Shown here one piece after another: positions 58,524 through 64,000 of a stretch of 64,000 nt of DNA; the stretch's first letter is position 1, and each line of letters begins with the position of its first letter. Origin of the DNA: Escherichia coli (GTDB taxonomy: Bacteria > Pseudomonadota > Gammaproteobacteria > Enterobacterales > Enterobacteriaceae); assembly GCF_051903065.1 (NCBI RefSeq), contig NZ_CP178438.1; one strand, written 5' to 3'. A program made the translations under genes and the position numbers. Below the pieces are notes generated by a model that saw nothing but the letters and a program-made list of their open reading frames with translations, was not told the DNA's origin and ran no database searches.

Positions 58524-60686
58524 TTATTTCGCATCCGACTTATATTCGTATTCGTAATAGCCATAATCCTGATACGCGCTGGCGCGGCGGATGATGGAGT
58601 TCAGAATCACCCCTTTCACCGGAATACCGTTTTGCTCAAAGCGGCTCAGACTGGTTTCCACTTCTTTCAATGTGTTGACCGCATAACGCGCCACCATTAA
58701 CGTGGTTCCGACATGACGACCAACAATTGCGGCATCGGTCACTGCCAGAATCGGCGGCGTATCAATCAACACCAGGTCGTAGTTTTTACTCGCCCAGTTC
58801 ACCAGTTCGGCAAAGCGTTCGCTCATCAACAATTCAGAAGGATTTGGCGGTACCTGACCGCGCGGGATCAGGTCAAATTTGGCAATCGAAGTGGGTTTAG
58901 CAGCGGTAGTAATATCGCCCTGACCAATCAGAATTTCCGACAGGCCATTGACGTTATTGGTGCCCAACAGCTCGTGGGTGTAGCCTTTGCGCATATCGCA
59001 GTCGATCAACAACACGCGTTTATTGGTCTGGCTGATCACCGCCGCCAGGTTGGCGCAGACAAAGGTTTTACCGATTGACGGGCTAACCCCGGTCATCATC
59101 AACACATTGTTCTGCGCCTGCATCATCGCGAAGTGCAAACTGGTACGAAGACTGCGGATGGCTTCAATCGCCAGATCGGTTGGATTCCCCACCGCCAGTA
59201 GCTGGCTCTGTTTATAGCGTTTAACTCCTTTGATGGTTTTGACGCTATCGCGCGCTTTTTGCCACTCCGACAGAGGAATACTGGCATAGACGCTGATGCC
59301 ATGTTCTTCCAGCACCTGTGGGCTTTCGATGCCGCGATTAAACAACGAGCGCAGCAGTACACCCACGATAGAAAGCATCAGGCCGAGGATAATCGCCCCA
59401 AGGATAATCAGCCCTTTCTTCGGTTTCAGTACACCTGGCTGGGTGATTGCCGGGTCAACAATGCGCACATCGCCGACGGTGCTGGCTTCGGTGATTTTCA
59501 GCTCCTGCTCTTTATTCAGCAGTTGCATATAGACCTGCTGACCAGACTCGACATCGCGGGTCAGACGGACAATCTCCTGCTGGGTTTTCGGCATCGCCGT
59601 TACGCGACCGTTAAGTTTGGCTTTTTCGTCTTCCAGCGCCTGACGTTTCTCCAGCAGCGTGCGGTACGCCGGGTGAACTTTGGTGTAAAGTTTGGAGATT
59701 TCCGCCTCTTTAAAGGTTAGTTCGTTCAACTGCGCGTCGATGTTCACCATCGAATCGAGCACCGCTTTCGCTTCCAGCGGCAGATCAACGGAATCTTTAT
59801 CCTGACGGAAGGTATTCAGTTTGTTTTCGGCAACATCGAGGCGGCTACGTACTTCCGGTAACTGTTGCGCGAGGAAAGCGAGGCTTTTCGACGCTTCCGC
59901 CGATTTGCGCTCAATATTTTGTTCCTGATAGTTACGGGCGATGCTGTTAAGAATGTCGCGGATCTGTTCGCGATCTTCACCGGTATAAGTCAGGCTCAGT
60001 ACGCCTGCGTCTTTGCCGTTCTCCGTTACCGTCAGGCTGTTTTGCAGTTGGTTGATCATCCCCAGCGTGGAGTATTTGGTGATGGTAAACTCACTGCCCG
60101 GGCTGGCGTGAATAGCTTCAACCATCAGCGTGACGCCTTCTTTTGTCAGCATCTGGCCCGCTTGCCCACGGGCGCTAAAGCTGCCATCGCTGCTCAGAGT
60201 GTAGTTTTTATCGTCCAGCACATTAAGCGTAAACACCTGGTCCGCCATCTCTTTCGGGCGGTTAAAGGTAGTCACTTTCACCGTCTCGTTCTGCCGTCCC
60301 ATCAGGCGATCCCAGCCCGCACCGAAAATCGGGAACGTGTTTTTGCTCACCGCAATATCGAGGTCGAGATCGTCCACCGTTTTACCAAGCACCAGACGCG
60401 AACGAATCAACTGGATCTCGGCGTCCGATGCAGGCGGTTTGTTGGCTAATGCCGAGCCGATATCCTGTACTAACGAATTGCCGCTGTTTTGCTCGATTTG
60501 TACCAGTGCGTCGGCACTATAAATCGGCGTGGCGAAGAAGGTGTAAACCACGGCACAGACGGCAAATACAGCGGTGATGCCAATCACCCACCAGCGCGCT
60601 TCAATGACGGTGCCGACCAGGCGACCAATATCGATTTCATCACTGCCCGTTACCGGAGCGGCATGTTGTTTTACTTTTTCTGTCAT
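58524..60686 (-). CDS. wzc: Tyrosine autokinase / polysaccharide co-polymerase
   Basis: Internal ATG gives MTEKVKQHAAPVTGSDEIDIGRLV...; Walker A GVSPSIGKT and a Tyr-rich C-terminus YGYYEYEYKSD. Confidence 0.92.
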   Translation of the reverse strand: MTEKVKQHAAPVTGSDEIDIGRLVGTVIEARWWVIGITAVFAVCAVVYTFFATPIYSADALVQIEQNSGNSLVQDIGSALANKPPASDAEIQLIRSRLVLGKTVDDLDLDIAVSKNTFPIFGAGWDRLMGRQNETVKVTTFNRPKEMADQVFTLNVLDDKNYTLSSDGSFSARGQAGQMLTKEGVTLMVEAIHASPGSEFTITKYSTLGMINQLQNSLTVTENGKDAGVLSLTYTGEDREQIRDILNSIARNYQEQNIERKSAEASKSLAFLAQQLPEVRSRLDVAENKLNTFRQDKDSVDLPLEAKAVLDSMVNIDAQLNELTFKEAEISKLYTKVHPAYRTLLEKRQALEDEKAKLNGRVTAMPKTQQEIVRLTRDVESGQQVYMQLLNKEQELKITEASTVGDVRIVDPAITQPGVLKPKKGLIILGAIILGLMLSIVGVLLRSLFNRGIESPQVLEEHGISVYASIPLSEWQKARDSVKTIKGVKRYKQSQLLAVGNPTDLAIEAIRSLRTSLHFAMMQAQNNVLMMTGVSPSIGKTFVCANLAAVISQTNKRVLLIDCDMRKGYTHELLGTNNVNGLSEILIGQGDITTAAKPTSIAKFDLIPRGQVPPNPSELLMSERFAELVNWASKNYDLVLIDTPPILAVTDAAIVGRHVGTTLMVARYAVNTLKEVETSLSRFEQNGIPVKGVILNSIIRRASAYQDYGYYEYEYKSDAK

Positions 60687-60688
60687 TC

Positions 60689-61132
60689 TTATACCTGCTC
60701 TGCGTTCAATGCCTGCGCCCACTGGCGGGCAGACCGTTCAAGTAATGTGTACACCGCTGCAAACGTTTCCCGGCTTTTGCGATACGGATCGGGGATTTCA
60801 CATTCGTTATCCCAGTGACCAAACAGCATCACTTTGCCGCGCATCTCAGGTGCCATCTCGCATAAGCGTTCGATATGGCGCTTTTCCATGGTCAAAATCA
60901 GGTCATAGTTGCGACACAGGCGGCGGCTGATTTGCCGTGCACAGTGACCTTCCAGAGACAGTTGATGCTCTGCGGCAACGCTGATGGCGGTAGGATCAGC
61001 GCCCTTACCGACCAGCGCGCCGAGTCCAGCGGACTCCACTTTCAGCTCCGGGTGATAACGTTGCAGTAAGCGTTCCGCCGTCGGGGAACGGCAAATATTG
61101 CCGACACAGACAACTAAGATGTTGTTAAACAT
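60689..61132 (-). CDS. wzb: Low-molecular-weight protein-tyrosine phosphatase
   Basis: 147 aa, MFNNILVVCVGNICRSPTAERLL (CX5R motif). Confidence 0.93.
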   Translation of the reverse strand: MFNNILVVCVGNICRSPTAERLLQRYHPELKVESAGLGALVGKGADPTAISVAAEHQLSLEGHCARQISRRLCRNYDLILTMEKRHIERLCEMAPEMRGKVMLFGHWDNECEIPDPYRKSRETFAAVYTLLERSARQWAQALNAEQV

Positions 61133-61137
61133 GACGA

Positions 61138-62277
61138 TTACCAGTTATGAATGTCGCTGGCTGTATCCGTCATGTAACGGACACCGCTAATAGTTGGCAG
61201 CAACTGATTGATCAGACGGTTCCAGCGGGAAACCGGGGCGGTGGTGACATACACCACGTCATAAGGTTGCAGGCGGAATTCTGTCGCCATCACCAGCGAC
61301 GTGGCATCGGACATATCCAGCTGGTAGATATTGGCAATCTTGCCGTTACGCCCGCCCTCGCCTTTCAGCGGACGAATGACAAAGATGCCGCTGGCGTTGG
61401 AGGTGGTCATGTCGATGCCTTCAGCATTGCCCAGGGCTTCAGTCAGGGTCATGCCGCTAAAGTCCATTTTCAGGGTGCTCTGTTTCTTCACTTCACCCAT
61501 CACAAATACTTTCAGATCATCATTACGTGGCACGTAGAGAATATCGCCGGGGTAAAGCAGGCGATTCTGGTTGAGGTCGCCGTTTTGCATCAGCGCCTGC
61601 AAAGAAATGCGCTCTTCACGACCATTGTGTGTTAGCACCACGTTGCGCCAGTCAGCGGTGTCGGTCAGGCCACCTGCGGCGTTGATGGCATCGAGAATGG
61701 TCAGTGGTACGTTGGTAATCGCCTGTTGACCGGATTTATTCACCTGGCCGGAGATATAGGCTTTTTGCGAGCGGAAGGCGGCGATATTAACGTCCACCTG
61801 CGGGTCAGCGATGTACGTCGCTAAGCGCCCGGTAATATCACTGCGGATTTCAGCGAGCGTTTTCCCCACGACGTGAACCTTGCCGATATACGGGTAGAAC
61901 ATGGTGCCGTCAGGCTGTACCCAGTTGCCGGTGTCGCTGGAACTGCGGTACTGACCAGCTGGCGTGGTGAGTTCCGGGTGATCCCAGACGGTGACATTAA
62001 GAACGTCCCCCGGCCCGACGCGATACTGGTAATTCGCGATCTCGCTTTCCAGCGTCATATTGGGGCGCGCTACATTCGGGCGTGGGCGTAATTGGTCAAT
62101 CAGGCGCGGGGTCAGCGGATACACATTCACCATTTTGTCGAGATCGAAATCAGCGTCCTGCTGTTTGATGACGTCTTTGCCCATCGTCGACATATTGCTG
62201 CCCGGAAGTACTGTGCAACCGCTTATCAAGGTTACTGACACCAATAATGGCATCAATTTCATTTTGGATTTCATCAT
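61138..62277 (-). CDS. wza: Outer-membrane polysaccharide export lipoprotein
   Basis: 379 aa, lipoprotein signal ...[11 protein letters not shown]... Confidence 0.93.
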   Translation of the reverse strand: MMKSKMKLMPLLVSVTLISGCTVLPGSNMSTMGKDVIKQQDADFDLDKMVNVYPLTPRLIDQLRPRPNVARPNMTLESEIANYQYRVGPGDVLNVTVWDHPELTTPAGQYRSSSDTGNWVQPDGTMFYPYIGKVHVVGKTLAEIRSDITGRLATYIADPQVDVNIAAFRSQKAYISGQVNKSGQQAITNVPLTILDAINAAGGLTDTADWRNVVLTHNGREERISLQALMQNGDLNQNRLLYPGDILYVPRNDDLKVFVMGEVKKQSTLKMDFSGMTLTEALGNAEGIDMTTSNASGIFVIRPLKGEGGRNGKIANIYQLDMSDATSLVMATEFRLQPYDVVYVTTAPVSRWNRLINQLLPTISGVRYMTDTASDIHNW

Positions 62278-62439
62278 TGTTTATTTATCACTTTGGCAGA
62301 GTAATTATCCTGTGCACTATTAATAGCAATGTCGCAATGCACATTTACCTTGCAGTTAATTGAATAAAAATTTAACTGGCATCAGTCCTAAAAAAATTGA
62401 TTTCATCCGCAGGCTATTGACAGAATAATTCAGACTGGC

Positions 62440-62495
62440 TTTCAGGCATCCAGACACGCTACCGCCCCTGGCTTTTTAGCTACCAATACACTGAT
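62440..62495 (-). promoter_or_regulatory. JUMPstart/ops element in the wza 5' leader
   Basis: Plus-strand CACGCTACCGCCCCTGGCTTTTTAGCTACCA; reverse complement contains GGCGGTAGCGTG; about 180 nt upstream of wza. Confidence 0.75.
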
Positions 62496-62934
62496 TTAGC
62501 TTAATTTTTAAAACCCTCTCAACATACAGTCGTTGATGAGAAAGGGTTATTGCGGAAATTAACTTCCGAATATAAGGTGACATTATGGTAATTGAATATT
62601 GGCTCTCCAATAATGCAGGAGGAAGTGTTACAGCTAACGGAATAGCAGGCAAGGTAACAATTCGGCAATTGGCTATTTTTAAGAATTATATTAAGTGTCA
62701 TTCAATATGGTTTTTAGGAGTTTCTTTAGGTTGACAATATTTAATATTGCGTCTCCACATGCGATATTTCTTAAATAATGTTTTATTATTACCACTTTTA
62801 ATTCAGGGATAATGTGAGGTTATTACCCTCAAATAATATGAGATAAATAGTGCTACAACATTGCATTTTTGCCCCGATTTATCCATGATCGAATTGTGAC
62901 ATTTGTCATACAACGAATAGGTTTTGTACTTACT

Positions 62935-64000
62935 ATGGAATGGATTGCCGATCCGTCTATCTGGGCCGGGTTAATCACGCTGATTGTGATCGAACTGGTC
63001 CTCGGCATTGATAACCTAGTCTTTATTGCCATCCTCGCCGAAAAACTACCGCCGAAGCAGCGCGACCGCGCACGGGTTACCGGGCTGTTGCTGGCGATGT
63101 TAATGCGCCTGTTACTGCTGGCGTCAATCTCCTGGCTGGTCACCCTGACTCAACCGCTATTCAGCTTTCGCTCGTTTACCTTTAGCGCCCGCGACTTAAT
63201 CATGCTGTTTGGTGGTTTCTTCTTGTTGTTCAAAGCCACGATGGAGCTGAACGAACGGCTGGAAGGGAAAGACAGCAATAACCCCACGCAACGCAAAGGT
63301 GCGAAGTTCTGGGGCGTGGTGACACAAATTGTGGTACTGGACGCCATCTTCTCACTCGACTCGGTGATTACAGCCGTCGGGATGGTCGACCATTTACTGG
63401 TCATGATGGCCGCCGTGGTTATCGCTATCAGCCTGATGTTGATGGCCAGCAAGCCGTTAACGCAATTTGTTAACAGTCACCCGACCATCGTTATTCTCTG
63501 CTTAAGCTTCCTGTTGATGATTGGCTTTAGCCTGGTGGCGGAAGGTTTCGGCTTCGTCATTCCGAAAGGCTACCTGTACGCTGCCATTGGTTTCTCGGTG
63601 ATGATCGAGGCGCTCAATCAGTTGGCTATCTTTAACCGGCGACGTTTTCTTTCCGCTAACCAGACGCTGCGCCAGCGGACTACCGAAGCGGTAATGCGCC
63701 TGCTTAGCGGGCAAAAAGAAGATGCGGAACTGGACGCCGAAACCGCGTCCATGCTGGTGGATCATGGTAACCAGCAGATCTTTAATCCGCAGGAACGGCG
63801 GATGATTGAGCGGGTACTTAATCTTAACCAGCGTACCGTCAGCAGCATTATGACGTCGCGCCACGATATTGAGCATATCGATCTCAACGCGCCGGAAGAA
63901 GAAATCCGCCAGTTGCTGGAGCGAAATCAGCATACGCGGCTGGTGGTTACCGACGGTGATGACGCAGAAGATTTGCTCGGTGTTGTTCACGTTATCGACC
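62935..64000 (+). CDS. yegH: TerC-family membrane protein with C-terminal CBS/CorC domains, partial (runs off window end)
   Basis: ATG at ~62935 gives [34 protein letters not shown]...; open to the window end, so absent from the ORF track. Confidence 0.85.
   Translation, partial: MEWIADPSIWAGLITLIVIELVLGIDNLVFIAILAEKLPPKQRDRARVTGLLLAMLMRLLLLASISWLVTLTQPLFSFRSFTFSARDLIMLFGGFFLLFKATMELNERLEGKDSNNPTQRKGAKFWGVVTQIVVLDAIFSLDSVITAVGMVDHLLVMMAAVVIAISLMLMASKPLTQFVNSHPTIVILCLSFLLMIGFSLVAEGFGFVIPKGYLYAAIGFSVMIEALNQLAIFNRRRFLSANQTLRQRTTEAVMRLLSGQKEDAELDAETASMLVDHGNQQIFNPQERRMIERVLNLNQRTVSSIMTSRHDIEHIDLNAPEEEIRQLLERNQHTRLVVTDGDDAEDLLGVVHVID

Noticed and set aside
62700-62760. TTGACA-containing segment as a sigma-70 promoter for yegH
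   Set aside because: No suitably spaced -10 hexamer was found 16-18 bp downstream, so it is not reported as a feature.

Overview
This window reads as an Escherichia coli chromosomal segment running from yeeO through the his operon to the O-antigen and colanic acid loci; I did not find a convincing previously undescribed system. Gene order is: yeeO (partial), tRNA-Asn, cbl, nac, tRNA-Asn, ldtA/erfK, cobT-cobS-cobU, a short degenerate remnant region, yeeX, yeeA, sbmC, dacD, sbcB, yeeD, yeeE, plaP, yeeY, yeeZ, hisL plus attenuator, hisGDCBHAF-I, wzzB, ugd, gnd, a low-GC Wzx/Wzy-type O-antigen cluster, galF, a gne-like epimerase, the colanic acid cluster wcaM through wza, and yegH (partial). All identifications come from reading the supplied translations and the DNA against remembered protein families; no database search was run. 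The strain is clearly not K-12-like in three places: no CP4-44 prophage between cobU and yeeX, no yefM-yoeB toxin-antitoxin pair between yeeZ and hisL, and a different O-antigen cluster that lacks rml and other dedicated sugar-pathway genes. The only clearly accessory DNA is the roughly 6.7 kb AT-rich O-antigen island, which looks like a conventional serotype-specific cluster rather than anything new. Coordinates of small sites were counted by hand and may be off by 1-2 nt; one such offset was noticed around 48.1-49.6 kb. Many long ORFs antisense to the GC-rich genes were treated as frame shadows.
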